Positions 45,682 to 54,888 of a DNA stretch of 64,000 nucleotides are shown piece by piece. The stretch lies in assembly GCA_035315025.1 (NCBI GenBank), contig DATFYN010000028.1, forward strand, positions 26,871-90,870. The letters run 5' to 3'. The stretch's first letter is position 1. Every line of letters starts with the position of its first letter. This stretch comes from Myxococcota bacterium. GTDB taxonomy: Bacteria > Myxococcota_A > UBA9160. Under the pieces are notes generated by a model that made no database searches, was not told where the DNA came from, and saw only the letters and a program-made list of their open reading frames with translations. The translations under genes and the position numbers were made by a program.

Positions 45682-47121
45682 GTGCACAGGGGGGTCAGCA
45701 CGGTGCAAACACACTGTAGTCCGGGTCAGCTGGAGTTTCAGGGGTTTTGTGGGCGTCGCGTGGAGGCCGCCTTCGACGGGGGCCGCCAGACGAGCGATGC
45801 GGGTCTTTTGTTGTTGCGCGAGGTAGCGGAGCGAACGGGGTTGCTGAGGCGGTTTGCGGACTGCTTCACCGACTACCGCCGGCAGGATCGGACCGAGCAC
45901 ACGGTGAGGGAGCTGGTGTCCCAGCGCGTGCTCGCGCAGGTCCAGGGCTACGAGGACCTGAACGATCACGACACGCTGCGGGACGACCCGCTGCTGGCGC
46001 TGGCGTCGGGAAAGCGGGATCTGGTGGGAGCGGAGCGGGTGCGGCGGCGGGACCGCGGCCATGCGCTGGCGGGCAAGAGCACGCTGAATCGGTGGGAGCG
46101 CACGCCCGCGGAGGCGAACGCGGCATCGCGCTACCACAAGATCGTCTATGACGGGGATGCGATTACTGGGGTGTTCATCGACCACTTCCTCGATGCCCAC
46201 GGGACGGCGCCGGAGCGGATCGTGCTGGACCTCGATGCCACGGACGATCCGCTGCACGGGCAGCAGGAGGGGCGTTTTTTCCACGGCTATTACCGCCAGT
46301 ACTGCTACCTGCCGCTGTACATCTTCTGCGGCGAGTTTTTGTTGTGGGCGCAGTTGCGGCGCAGCGACATCGATGCCGCGGCGGGGAGTGTCGAGGCGCT
46401 CGAGGCGATCGTGGGGCGCATCCGGGCGCGCTGGCCCGAGGTGGAGATCTGGATCCGGGCGGACTCGGGCTTTGCCCGAGACGCGATCATGACCTGGTGT
46501 GAGGCGAAACAGGTCCACTACGTGCTCGGCCTGGCGCGCAATCCACGGCTGGTGCGGGCGATCGGGGGAGAGCTCGCGCAGGTGCGCGAACAGGTCCAAC
46601 GCACGGGGGAGAAGGCGCGCTGCTTCCGGGATCTGCGCTACCGCACGAAGAAGAGCTGGAGCCGGATGCGGCGCGTGGTCGCCAAGGCTGAGCAGCTCGG
46701 GGACAAGCCGAATCCGCGCTTCGTGGTGACCTCCCTGGATGCGGCTTCCCATCCCGCCCCGGAGCTGTACGAGAGGCTCTATTGCGCGCGCGGCGAGATG
46801 GAGAACCGCATCAAGGAGCAGCAGCTCGGGCTGTTTGCGGATCGCACGAGCACCGCCACGATGCGGGGCAATCAGCTGCGGCTGTGGATCGCGTCGATGG
46901 CCTACACGCTGGCGCAGGCGCTGCGCCAGATCGGCCTGGCCGGCACAGAGCTCGCGACAGCGCAGGTGAGCACCATCCGCGTGCGGCTGCTCAAGCTCAG
47001 CGGCCTGGTCCGGATCAGTGTGCGGCGCATCCGCGTCGCCCTCAGCAGCGCCTTTCCGCTGCAGGACGTCTTTGCGGAGGTGTTGCGCAACCTCACGTCT
47101 CTCCCCCCGCCCGTGACCTGA
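45682..47121 (+). CDS. IS1380-family DDE transposase
   Basis: 479 aa. The N-terminal pattern FDGGRQTSDAGLLLLREVAERTGLL...VQGYEDLNDHDTLRDDPL is typical of IS1380-family transposases. Confidence 0.85.
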   Translation: MHRGVSTVQTHCSPGQLEFQGFCGRRVEAAFDGGRQTSDAGLLLLREVAERTGLLRRFADCFTDYRRQDRTEHTVRELVSQRVLAQVQGYEDLNDHDTLRDDPLLALASGKRDLVGAERVRRRDRGHALAGKSTLNRWERTPAEANAASRYHKIVYDGDAITGVFIDHFLDAHGTAPERIVLDLDATDDPLHGQQEGRFFHGYYRQYCYLPLYIFCGEFLLWAQLRRSDIDAAAGSVEALEAIVGRIRARWPEVEIWIRADSGFARDAIMTWCEAKQVHYVLGLARNPRLVRAIGGELAQVREQVQRTGEKARCFRDLRYRTKKSWSRMRRVVAKAEQLGDKPNPRFVVTSLDAASHPAPELYERLYCARGEMENRIKEQQLGLFADRTSTATMRGNQLRLWIASMAYTLAQALRQIGLAGTELATAQVSTIRVRLLKLSGLVRISVRRIRVALSSAFPLQDVFAEVLRNLTSLPPPVT

Positions 47122-47317
47122 AAGGTCAAGCGAGCGATTTCAGGGCGGCGACCGACGGGATCGGCGATCCCGAATGCTGGAAATCCGCGCACTTACCTGC
47201 GCGGGGTCTCCCCAACAACTCCAGAACTCCGATTTTTCGGAGCGCGAGCGCAAAATCGACCGCATCGAACTCGCTGCAAGCGCCTTCGTGATTCAAAACC
47301 GCCGACTCATTCCACCT

Positions 47318-47331
47318 GGTGAGAAATGCGG
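47318..47331. repeat. IS right terminal inverted repeat
   Basis: GTGAGAAATGCGGG is the exact reverse complement of 45608-45621. Confidence 0.85.
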
Positions 47332-47476
47332 GCTAGCGTCGCGCCGGCTGGGCGACGGCCGAACTCCGCCCTGCCGAGGCCTGCGGCTTGCCGGAGCGGG
47401 CCTCGGTGCTCGAGGGCTTTGCCCCCGCACGATCTAGGCGAGGTATCCTCCGGCTGCCGTTCCTGGAGGAGCCCCC

Positions 47477-48970
47477 ATGTATCTCAACCTTGGCACGATT
47501 CTCGAGACCAGCGCCAAGGCGCGGCCTCATCACACCGCCCTGCGACTTAACCAGTTTGCCCTGAGCTACGCGCAGCTCGACCGTGCAGCGCGCGGCGTGG
47601 CGCTTGGGTTGCGCCGGCGCGGGATCGGTCCAGGGGACCACGTGGCGGTCATGATCCCGAACGTACCGGAGTTCTCGATCGCCTACTTTGGGATCTTGTA
47701 CGCCGGGTGCACGGTGGTCCCGCTGAATGTTCTGCTCTCAGCCCCCGAGGTCGCCTACCACCTTCAGGATTCCGATGCGCGGCTTGCGATTGCCCATCCG
47801 CTGTTCGCGGAGCCCGCGACCAAAGGGGCGGCCGAGGCGGGGGTCCCACTGGTGTGGTCGAGCGGTGAGGCCGCTGGGGAAGAGAGCCTTGTGGCCATGG
47901 CCCAGGGCGCTCCCCTCGAGGTCGTGCACCAGACCGAAGCCACGGATACCGCGGTCATCCTCTATACCTCGGGCACGACCGGTAAGCCCAAAGGCGCCGA
48001 GCTCACGCACTCGAACCTGCTCTTGAACTGTGCGGTGGTTGTGCCGAAGCTCCTGCCGCTCATGGACGATCACGTGGCGCTCGCCGCGCTGCCGCTCTTC
48101 CACTCCTTCGGCCAGACCTGCATCCAAAACGCGAGCATCGCGAGCGGCGGCACCTTCACGCTGCTTCCCCGCTTTTCGCCCGAGGAGGCGCTCGCGATGA
48201 TCGAGCGCGACCGGGTCACGCTGTTCGCCGGCGTACCGACCATGTACTTCGCAATCCTGCATCACCAAGGAAAGGCACGGGACCTGTCGAGTCTCCGTTA
48301 CTGCATGACGGGCGGAGCGGCGATGCCCGTCGAAGTGATGCGGGCCTTTGAGGAGAAGCACGGGGTTCAGATCCTCGAGGGATTCGGCCTTTCGGAGACG
48401 TCCCCCGTCGCGAGTTTCAATATGCTGGACCGTCCCCGGAAGCCCGGATCGATCGGCTACCCCGTGTGGGGCGTCGAAATGGCGATTCTCGACGATGTCG
48501 ACCGGCCGTTGCCCGACGGTGAACGGGGCGAGATCTGCGTGCGCGGGCACAATGTCATGAAGGGTTACTGGAAACGGCCGGATGCCACGAAGGAGGCGCT
48601 GCGAAATGGCTGGTTCCACACCGGCGACATCGGCATTCGCGACAGCGCAGGCTCCTACACGATTGTCGATCGCAAGAAAGACATGATCATCCGCGGCGGC
48701 TTCAACGTGTACCCGCGCGAGATCGAGGAGGTGCTCTACGCGCACCCCGCCGTGCTCGAAGCCGCGGTCGTCGGAATCGCCCACGAGAGCCACGGCGAGG
48801 AGGTGAAGGCGATCCTCGCGCTAAAGCCCGGGCAGACGCTCAGCGCGCCCGAGGTGATCGCTTTCTGCAAGGAACGGCTCGCGGCCTACAAGTATCCGCG
48901 CCTCGTCGAGTTCCGTGAGGCGCTGCCCAAGGGACCGACGGGAAAGATCTTGAAGAGGGAGCTGCGCTAG
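47477..48970 (+). CDS. long-chain-fatty-acid--CoA ligase (AMP-binding)
   Basis: Motifs YTSGTTGKPKGAELTH, GDIGIRDSAGSYTIVDRKKDMIIRGGFNVYP and GKILKREL are present. GGAGGAG lies upstream of the ATG. Confidence 0.92.
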   Translation: MYLNLGTILETSAKARPHHTALRLNQFALSYAQLDRAARGVALGLRRRGIGPGDHVAVMIPNVPEFSIAYFGILYAGCTVVPLNVLLSAPEVAYHLQDSDARLAIAHPLFAEPATKGAAEAGVPLVWSSGEAAGEESLVAMAQGAPLEVVHQTEATDTAVILYTSGTTGKPKGAELTHSNLLLNCAVVVPKLLPLMDDHVALAALPLFHSFGQTCIQNASIASGGTFTLLPRFSPEEALAMIERDRVTLFAGVPTMYFAILHHQGKARDLSSLRYCMTGGAAMPVEVMRAFEEKHGVQILEGFGLSETSPVASFNMLDRPRKPGSIGYPVWGVEMAILDDVDRPLPDGERGEICVRGHNVMKGYWKRPDATKEALRNGWFHTGDIGIRDSAGSYTIVDRKKDMIIRGGFNVYPREIEEVLYAHPAVLEAAVVGIAHESHGEEVKAILALKPGQTLSAPEVIAFCKERLAAYKYPRLVEFREALPKGPTGKILKRELR

Positions 48971-49758
48971 CAGCTTCGCCGCCGTGCCTCCCAGGCGAGG
49001 AGATAAACCCCTCCAAGGACCAAAGCGCCTCCGGCGACGGCCTCGGGGCGGAGTTCTTCGCCGAGCGCGTAGTGACCGAGCAGTACGCCGGCGACGGGCT
49101 GCAGGAACACGAAGCCCGCGAGGGTCGAAGCGTCCATCTGCGCGAGTGCCTGATTCCACAGCACAGTGCCGAGGGCCGACGCGAAAAGGCCGAGAGCCAC
49201 CGCCCAGGCGAGAGCTGGGAGGAGTGCGGGCCCGCGCTCGAGGCGCGGGAGCTCAAGCGCCGCAAGGGGTAGGAGGAGCGGGAGCGCGACTGCCAGCGCC
49301 GCCGCACTGATCGCAAGCGGAGGGAAGCGGCCGAGCAGGGACTTTCCCGCAATCGTGTAGATCGACCAGGCGGCCCCGTGCGCGATCAGCAGGAGGTCGC
49401 CGGCGAGGTGGGAGGTGTCTGGCATGCCGCGAAAAGGGATCCCATTCGAGACGACGGTGGTCGCGCCAACGAGCCCCGCGGCGAGTGCAAGAAGACGCAA
49501 CGCCGAGAGGCTTTCTCCAAACAGGAGAGCGCCAAACACCGCCACGCAAATCGGCTCCGTACCGATGAGGAGCGACGCGCGCGAGGCGCTCGAGAAGGCG
49601 ACGCCGTAGTTTCCGAGTGCCAAAGGGAGCGCGTAGCCGAGGCCACCCATGGCGAGGAGCCGCAGCCGTGTGGGTCTTCCCGCGCGGAAGATTTGGCGCA
49701 AGGGCGCCGCTCCTGCGAGAGGCGCAAGACATGCGAGTGCCACCACGGTGCGCACCAC
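48967..49758 (-). CDS. DMT/EamA family transporter (N-terminus unresolved)
   Basis: There are multiple TM helices. In-frame upstream sequence (TAAAPGAVLLALLLNLFLGATYFATKKALAGLPELTLVVV, up to about 49866) looks like the genuine first helix. It has no ATG/GTG/TTG start. Confidence 0.7.
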   Translation of the reverse strand: MVRTVVALACLAPLAGAAPLRQIFRAGRPTRLRLLAMGGLGYALPLALGNYGVAFSSASRASLLIGTEPICVAVFGALLFGESLSALRLLALAAGLVGATTVVSNGIPFRGMPDTSHLAGDLLLIAHGAAWSIYTIAGKSLLGRFPPLAISAAALAVALPLLLPLAALELPRLERGPALLPALAWAVALGLFASALGTVLWNQALAQMDASTLAGFVFLQPVAGVLLGHYALGEELRPEAVAGGALVLGGVYLLAWEARRRSC

Positions 49759-49871
49759 GACGAGGGTGAGTTCGGGGAGCCCAGCGAGCGCCTTCTTGGT
49801 GGCGAAATAGGTCGCTCCAAGGAAGAGATTCAGGAGCAGAGCGAGCAGTACGGCGCCAGGTGCGGCAGCGG

Positions 49872-50561
49872 TTATGACGCGCTCCCGCGACGCAAGCGTG
49901 CGAGTTCGCCCATCTTCGCGAGCTCCACCGACACGAAGAGGCCCTCGGCTTCGGCCGTCAAGAGCTCGCCGGCGTACAGCTGGCCTTCGGTGAAGATCTT
50001 GCGTCCCTCGACGCGCAGCACGCGCGCCTCAAAGCGAAGTTCACGTTGCAGGGGGGTCGGCTTTCGGTAGCGAATCGTAAGCGTCCCGGTCATCCCGGGA
50101 TGCCCGGTCATGGACTGCGCAAAGCCCAGCACCTCATCAAACGCGGCGGCGATGAAGCCGCCGTGCACGTGCCCCGGGGGCCCTTCGTAAGCGATGCCGA
50201 ACGCCACGGTCCCGCGCACGACGTCGCCCTCGATATGGAGAGCAATCGGGGGAGCCATCGGGTTCGAGAGTCCGATGAGAGGGCTGTAGTCGAAGAAGGC
50301 GCCGACGTCGCCGGCGTTGGCGGTCTCAGCGAATCCCGCGGGCAGCGCGCGCCTCGGGTGGCTCGCCAGGCGTTCTGCGTAACGCTCAAGGGCGTCGGCT
50401 GCCGCGCGGAGCTCTGCCTCGGGTGCGTCGCTCGTGACGAGGCGGTCGATGACCTCCCGCATCGCCTTGGCGAGTCGGCGCCGTTCTGCCCATGCCCCCT
50501 TGGCTTCGAGGTGTGCCGAGCTCCAGTACGGCCACTTCGCGCGCTCTACTTGGTCCGCCAT
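49872..50561 (-). CDS. PaaI-family (hotdog-fold) thioesterase
   Basis: The core motif is GHVHGGFIAAAFDEVLG. GGAGG lies upstream of ATG 50561. The rest of the 346-aa track ORF is Arg-rich non-protein-like sequence. Confidence 0.8.
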   Translation of the reverse strand: MADQVERAKWPYWSSAHLEAKGAWAERRRLAKAMREVIDRLVTSDAPEAELRAAADALERYAERLASHPRRALPAGFAETANAGDVGAFFDYSPLIGLSNPMAPPIALHIEGDVVRGTVAFGIAYEGPPGHVHGGFIAAAFDEVLGFAQSMTGHPGMTGTLTIRYRKPTPLQRELRFEARVLRVEGRKIFTEGQLYAGELLTAEAEGLFVSVELAKMGELARLRRGSAS

Positions 50562-50577
50562 GGCTCCTCCGCCCACG

Positions 50578-51117
50578 CTAGACGAGTGCAGGATACGTGA
50601 CGACGCCGTCCTTGACGCGCGCCCAGGCGGTGAGCGTGTGCGCCTGCGCTTTGCCCGGCTCGAGCAGGTGGACGACGTGCCAGCCTCGCGCGAGGAGCGC
50701 GTCGGCGATGATGCGCCTGTGGCAACGCCAGAAAAGACGCTCTGCGCACAGCATGGCGGTGGGAGTCTCGCGCGCCAAAACCTCGAGCTCGGCCACACCT
50801 GCGGCGCCCTCTGCCGTGCCCAGGTAGTCGGCGTAGTTGCGGAACGCCGGCTCGAGCCAAGCCGCATTCGAGGAGTCGTCCGGCCGTCGGATGGCCTTGC
50901 GTCTTCCTCCAAGACTCCTGCCGAGCCAGACGTAGCGGATGCCCTCTAGGGGGAGCCAGCGTTCGAGCTCCGCGCGGGCATGCTGAGGATTTCGCCGCGA
51001 GCCCGGGAAGCTCCGAACATCGGCCACGACCGAGATGGCCGCCTCGCGCAGGAGCGCGCTCAGCTCCTCGGCGGTCCTCGTCCCATGTCCCGCGGTATGG
51101 ACGACCCCCGCGCTCAC
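50578..51117 (-). CDS. DUF488 family protein
   Basis: The pattern HTAGHGTRTAEELSALL...VVADVRSFPGSRRNPQ...LCAERLFWRCHRRIIAD is present. GTG 51117 overlaps the upstream stop (GTGA). Confidence 0.75.
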   Translation of the reverse strand: MSAGVVHTAGHGTRTAEELSALLREAAISVVADVRSFPGSRRNPQHARAELERWLPLEGIRYVWLGRSLGGRRKAIRRPDDSSNAAWLEPAFRNYADYLGTAEGAAGVAELEVLARETPTAMLCAERLFWRCHRRIIADALLARGWHVVHLLEPGKAQAHTLTAWARVKDGVVTYPALV

Positions 51118-52124
51118 GCCGCCCCGAAGGTCTCGAGCATGGCGTCCAGGTTGGCGCGCACGCGCTCGGGGGGGACGCCGACCCCCGGGGCGTAGAGCAG
51201 GGGCTCGTCGGTCAGGCCCTTCCACTGCGCCAGCCGATCGCGCGCCTCGTCGGGGGAGCAGGCGATCGCGATCTCGTCGACCAACGCGTCGGGAATCGCC
51301 TCTGCCATGGCGCGCACGTCCCAGCGCCGGAGCGCCGCGCGGCATGCCTCTCCCACGTGGCGCAAGCCGTGCAGGTCGAGCACGGAGTGATAGATCTCGG
51401 TGGTGAAGTAGAAACCGATCTGGGGCTTGGCATCTCGGACTGCCTGGGCGCGGTCGGGATGGAGCGAGACCATGACATAGGGCACGAGCGCGCAGGCGCC
51501 CGCGATTCTGCCCGCGCTCGATTCGGCGCTCGCGAGCCCAGGGAGTGTCACCTCCTTGTGCCAGCGGCGCGTCGCGATCGGGTGTCCCACCAGGCCATCG
51601 GCCACGGCGCCTGCGGCGGCGATCATGCCGCGATTCACCGCGGCGACCCAGATCGGGATGCTGCTGCGGGCGGCGCCCGGTCGCGCAAAGTGCGGGACGT
51701 TCACCTTCCAGTATTTCCCGTCGAATCGCAGGCCGCCTCCCTTTTGCGCGGCGAACGCTGCGCGCAAAAGCTGGACAAGCTCGCGCATGCGTGCCGCGGG
51801 AGCTGAAAAGGGCACGCCGTACCAGTCCTCGTTCATGCGGCGCGTGGCGGAACCGAGGCCGAGCACCATCCGTCCGCCGCTGAGCTCGTCGAGGTCCATG
51901 GCGGCGCTCGCGTGCACCAGGGGCGAGCGTGTAAAGGCGTTGGCAATGGCGGTACCGATTCGGATGCGGGAGGTCGCTTGGGCGATGGCGCCCAGGGTCA
52001 CGTAGCCGTGCCGGTTGAAGAACTCAATCGTATAGACGCCGTCAAACCCTGCCGCCTCGGCCCGCCGGGCGAGTTCGAGGTCCGCGCGCGCAGAGCCCCC
52101 GGTCAGCACGAGTCCCATCCGCAT
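51114..52124 (-). CDS. LLM-class (luciferase-like) flavin/F420-dependent oxidoreductase
   Basis: The pattern AGFDGVYTIEFFN...SGGRMVLGLGS is present, at typical LLM length (336 aa). Confidence 0.8.
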   Translation of the reverse strand: MRMGLVLTGGSARADLELARRAEAAGFDGVYTIEFFNRHGYVTLGAIAQATSRIRIGTAIANAFTRSPLVHASAAMDLDELSGGRMVLGLGSATRRMNEDWYGVPFSAPAARMRELVQLLRAAFAAQKGGGLRFDGKYWKVNVPHFARPGAARSSIPIWVAAVNRGMIAAAGAVADGLVGHPIATRRWHKEVTLPGLASAESSAGRIAGACALVPYVMVSLHPDRAQAVRDAKPQIGFYFTTEIYHSVLDLHGLRHVGEACRAALRRWDVRAMAEAIPDALVDEIAIACSPDEARDRLAQWKGLTDEPLLYAPGVGVPPERVRANLDAMLETFGAA

Positions 52125-52259
52125 CCGCCCATGCTACCGAGCTGCTCCCGCGGCGGCCGCTCGGGGGAGGGCGGCGGGGCCGTGACCGCATCCGACACAA
52201 GGCCGGGCCAAGCTCAATGGGTGCGCGGCGCCGAGACCCGCGCTCGAAGGAGACGACCC

Positions 52260-52472
52260 ATGAACAGCAGGCTTCGCACGCTTCAACGTTGTCCGGTCTG
52301 CACCTTCAGTGAAGTGGTGACCGACCAGGTCGTGGAAGGTGGCTTCCTCGTGCTGGGCGCGTGTCCGCGCTGCGACCATCGCTGGACGGGAGCCGTGCCC
52401 CGGCCCGGGTTCCCGCGGGCCGTGCGCCCGGCTGCTCCGCTGCGCAGGGAGCAGGGTATCGCCGCCGCCTGA
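52260..52472 (+). CDS. small 4-Cys zinc-ribbon protein (70 aa)
   Basis: The sequence is MNSRLRTLQRCPVCTF...GACPRCDHRW (CPxC...CPxC). AAGGAG at 52247-52252 lies 7 nt upstream of ATG 52260. Confidence 0.6.
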   Translation: MNSRLRTLQRCPVCTFSEVVTDQVVEGGFLVLGACPRCDHRWTGAVPRPGFPRAVRPAAPLRREQGIAAA

Positions 52473-52531
52473 CGCAGCCGGCATGGGCGCCGAATCCCGC
52501 CCTCCCCGACGAAGGGTGGTACCGTCGGCGT

Positions 52532-53728
52532 GTGCGGCTTGTTCTCTACACGGGCAAAGGCGGAGTCGGGAAGACCACGACCGCTTGCGCCACGGCGCTT
52601 TGTGCTGCCGCGCGCGGCCGGCGCACGCTCTTGGCTTCGGCCGACGCCGCCCATAGCCTGGGGGACGTCCTCGAACTCCGCCTCGGGTCTCGACCCACCC
52701 CCGTCGCTGCCTGCCTCGACGCGCTCGAGCTCGACGCGCGCGCGGAGATGGCCGAACACTGGGGCAGGATTCGTGACTATCTCGTCTCTGTGCTGCGCTA
52801 CCAGGGGCTCGAGGAGGTGGTCGCCGAGGAGCTCGCCCTCTTGCCCGGGGCGGAGGAGCTCTCAACGCTTCTCGGTGTCGAGGAGCACTGCCGCTCCGGC
52901 CGCTACGACCTCATCGTCCTGGACTGCGCTCCCACTGACTCGACGCTTCGGCTCGTGACGCTTCCGGAGGTCGCGCGCGGCGCGCTCCGCGTGCTGCTCC
53001 ACGTGCAACAGGCGCTCTCGGCCGTGGTGACGCCACTCGCACGCAGCATCGTACCGATTCCACTGCCCGACGCGGCCGTCTTTCGGGACATCGACCAACT
53101 GCTGTTTCGAAAGCTTCGGGCGCTTCGCAGACGCGTCATCGCGGAGAGCTCGAGCGTGCGTTTGGTCGTCACTCCAGAGCGCATGGTGATCGACGAAGCA
53201 CGGCGCGCCTTCACCGACCTCGCGCTCTTCGAGATCCCCTGTGACGCGGTGATTATGAACCGGCTCCTGCCTCCGGTCGCGGCGCGCGAGACCTTCTTCC
53301 ACGACTGGGGTCGCCTCCAGGAGGAGCGGCGCCGCGAGGTGGAGGCGCTGTTTGCCCCGCTGCCCGTGCTTTCCGCCCCGCTGCGCGACGATGAGCTCAT
53401 GGGGATCGAAGCGCTGCGGGCCCATGGGGAGGAGCTTTTCGCTGAGCGCGCGCCCGATGCGGTCCTCGGTATTTCCGGGCGGGTGCGTTTTGCGCGGGAC
53501 GCAACCGGATACCGGGTCGATCTGCCCCTGCCCCATGCCGAGCGCGCGGGGCTCGATGTCGCCAAGCTGGATGATGAGCTCGTCGTGCGCTCGGCGGGAC
53601 GCCGCCGGGCGCTCAAGCTTCCCCGTCGCCTCGCCGCGCTCTCGCTCGCAAGCGCGCGCCTCGAACGCGACGTCTTGGTGGTGCGCTTTGGAGCCGAGCA
53701 CCGCGGCCCGGACCAGGCGCGGCCCTAA
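52532..53728 (+). CDS. ArsA/Get3-like P-loop ATPase with HSP20-like C-terminal domain (copy 1)
   Basis: GTG start. Motifs are the deviant Walker A YTGKGGVGKTT, the switch SADAAHSLGDVL, and DCAPTDSTLRL. The C-terminal about 90 aa have a beta-sandwich-like pattern (YRVDLPLPHAERAGLDVAKLDDELVVRSAGRRRALKLP...LVVRF). Confidence 0.85.
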   Translation: MRLVLYTGKGGVGKTTTACATALCAAARGRRTLLASADAAHSLGDVLELRLGSRPTPVAACLDALELDARAEMAEHWGRIRDYLVSVLRYQGLEEVVAEELALLPGAEELSTLLGVEEHCRSGRYDLIVLDCAPTDSTLRLVTLPEVARGALRVLLHVQQALSAVVTPLARSIVPIPLPDAAVFRDIDQLLFRKLRALRRRVIAESSSVRLVVTPERMVIDEARRAFTDLALFEIPCDAVIMNRLLPPVAARETFFHDWGRLQEERRREVEALFAPLPVLSAPLRDDELMGIEALRAHGEELFAERAPDAVLGISGRVRFARDATGYRVDLPLPHAERAGLDVAKLDDELVVRSAGRRRALKLPRRLAALSLASARLERDVLVVRFGAEHRGPDQARP

Positions 53729-54888
53729 TGCGCGTCCTTCTCCATACGGGCAAGGGGGGCGTCGGCAAGACGAGCCTCGCTCTCGCCACGGCGCTCGGCG
53801 CGGCGTCGCACGGCCACCGTGTCTTCGTGCTCTCCACCGACCTCGCACACAGCCTCGGGGATGCGCTCGGTCGGCGCATCGGCACGCGGCCGCAGCGCAT
53901 CTGCGAGGGCGTCACGGCACAGGAGGTCGGAGTCCTGGATGAGCTCGACCGGGCCTGGGCCGACATTCAGGTCTGGCTGCGCGAACTCCTGCGCGAAGAG
54001 ACCGACGAGCTCCTGGCGGAGGAACTCCTCGTCTTCCCCGGGCTCGAAGAGCTGATCTCGCTGCGCGCGGTGCGCGAGGTCGAGGCCACCGGCGAGTTCG
54101 ATGTCTGTGTCGTCGACTGCGCTCCCACAGGCGCAACGCTCCGCATGCTGCGCTTCCCCGACGCCCTTCGGATCTTCATGGAGAATTTCTTCCAGCTCGA
54201 GCGGCGCGGCGCGCGCCTCCTGCGGCCTCTCGTGGATCGTCTCCACGCGGGGCGCCTGTTGCCGCGTGAGGAGTTCTTCGAGGCCTTCGAGCGACTCTAT
54301 CGAGAGGTCGAAGACGTGCAGCAGATCCTTCTTGACGGCGACCGGACGACCGCTCGCCTCGTGGTGAACCCTGCGCGTGTCGTGGTCGAGGAGGCCCGAC
54401 GTTCCTTCGCGTATCTGTCGCTGTACGGCGTCGCCACGGATGCCATCGTGGTGAACCGCCAGCTCCCTAGCCGTGCGGCGGAAGGCTACTTCGCGCGCTG
54501 GGCCGAGCGAGAGCGCCGGGAGCTCGAAGACGTCGAGTCCTCGTTCCCCGTGCCGATCTTCCACGCTCCCCTCTTCCCCCACGAGCTGGTGGGGGAGGAG
54601 CAGCTGCGCGAACTCGCCCGACACGTGTACGGTGAGCGTGATCCGGCGACGGTCTTCACGCGCGTCCGACCGATCCGATTGCGAAAGCGCGGCGGCCGTA
54701 CCTGCCTCGAGATCGACCTTGCCAACGCACGAAAGGAAGAGGTCGAAGTGTCCTTGCATGGCGAGGTCCTGCTCGTGCGCGTGCGCGACGCGCAGCGGCG
54801 CATCGCCCTCCCGGCTTCGGTCGCGGGTCGGGCGGTCGCGCACGCCCGGCTCGAGGGCGGTGTCCTCGAGGTCGCATTCGAGGCGTGA
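53728..54888 (+). CDS. ArsA/Get3-like P-loop ATPase with HSP20-like C-terminal domain (copy 2)
   Basis: Motifs HTGKGGVGKTS, STDLAHSLGDAL and DCAPTGATLRML are present. The C-terminal region is LEIDLANARKEEVEVSLHGEVLLVRVRDAQRRIALP...LEVAF. The start overlaps the upstream stop (TAATG). Confidence 0.85.
   Translation: MRVLLHTGKGGVGKTSLALATALGAASHGHRVFVLSTDLAHSLGDALGRRIGTRPQRICEGVTAQEVGVLDELDRAWADIQVWLRELLREETDELLAEELLVFPGLEELISLRAVREVEATGEFDVCVVDCAPTGATLRMLRFPDALRIFMENFFQLERRGARLLRPLVDRLHAGRLLPREEFFEAFERLYREVEDVQQILLDGDRTTARLVVNPARVVVEEARRSFAYLSLYGVATDAIVVNRQLPSRAAEGYFARWAERERRELEDVESSFPVPIFHAPLFPHELVGEEQLRELARHVYGERDPATVFTRVRPIRLRKRGGRTCLEIDLANARKEEVEVSLHGEVLLVRVRDAQRRIALPASVAGRAVAHARLEGGVLEVAFEA

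Larger units (their letters stand above)
45608..47331 (+). mobile_element. IS1380-family insertion sequence (about 1.7 kb)
   Basis: There is a single transposase ORF. The terminal inverted repeats are perfect: CCCGCATTTCTCAC and GTGAGAAATGCGGG. CTAG flanks both ends. Confidence 0.85.

Noticed and set aside
45604-46752. 382-aa minus-strand ORF inside the IS
   Set aside because: It is antisense to the IS1380 transposase, low-complexity and Arg/Pro-rich, with no motifs.
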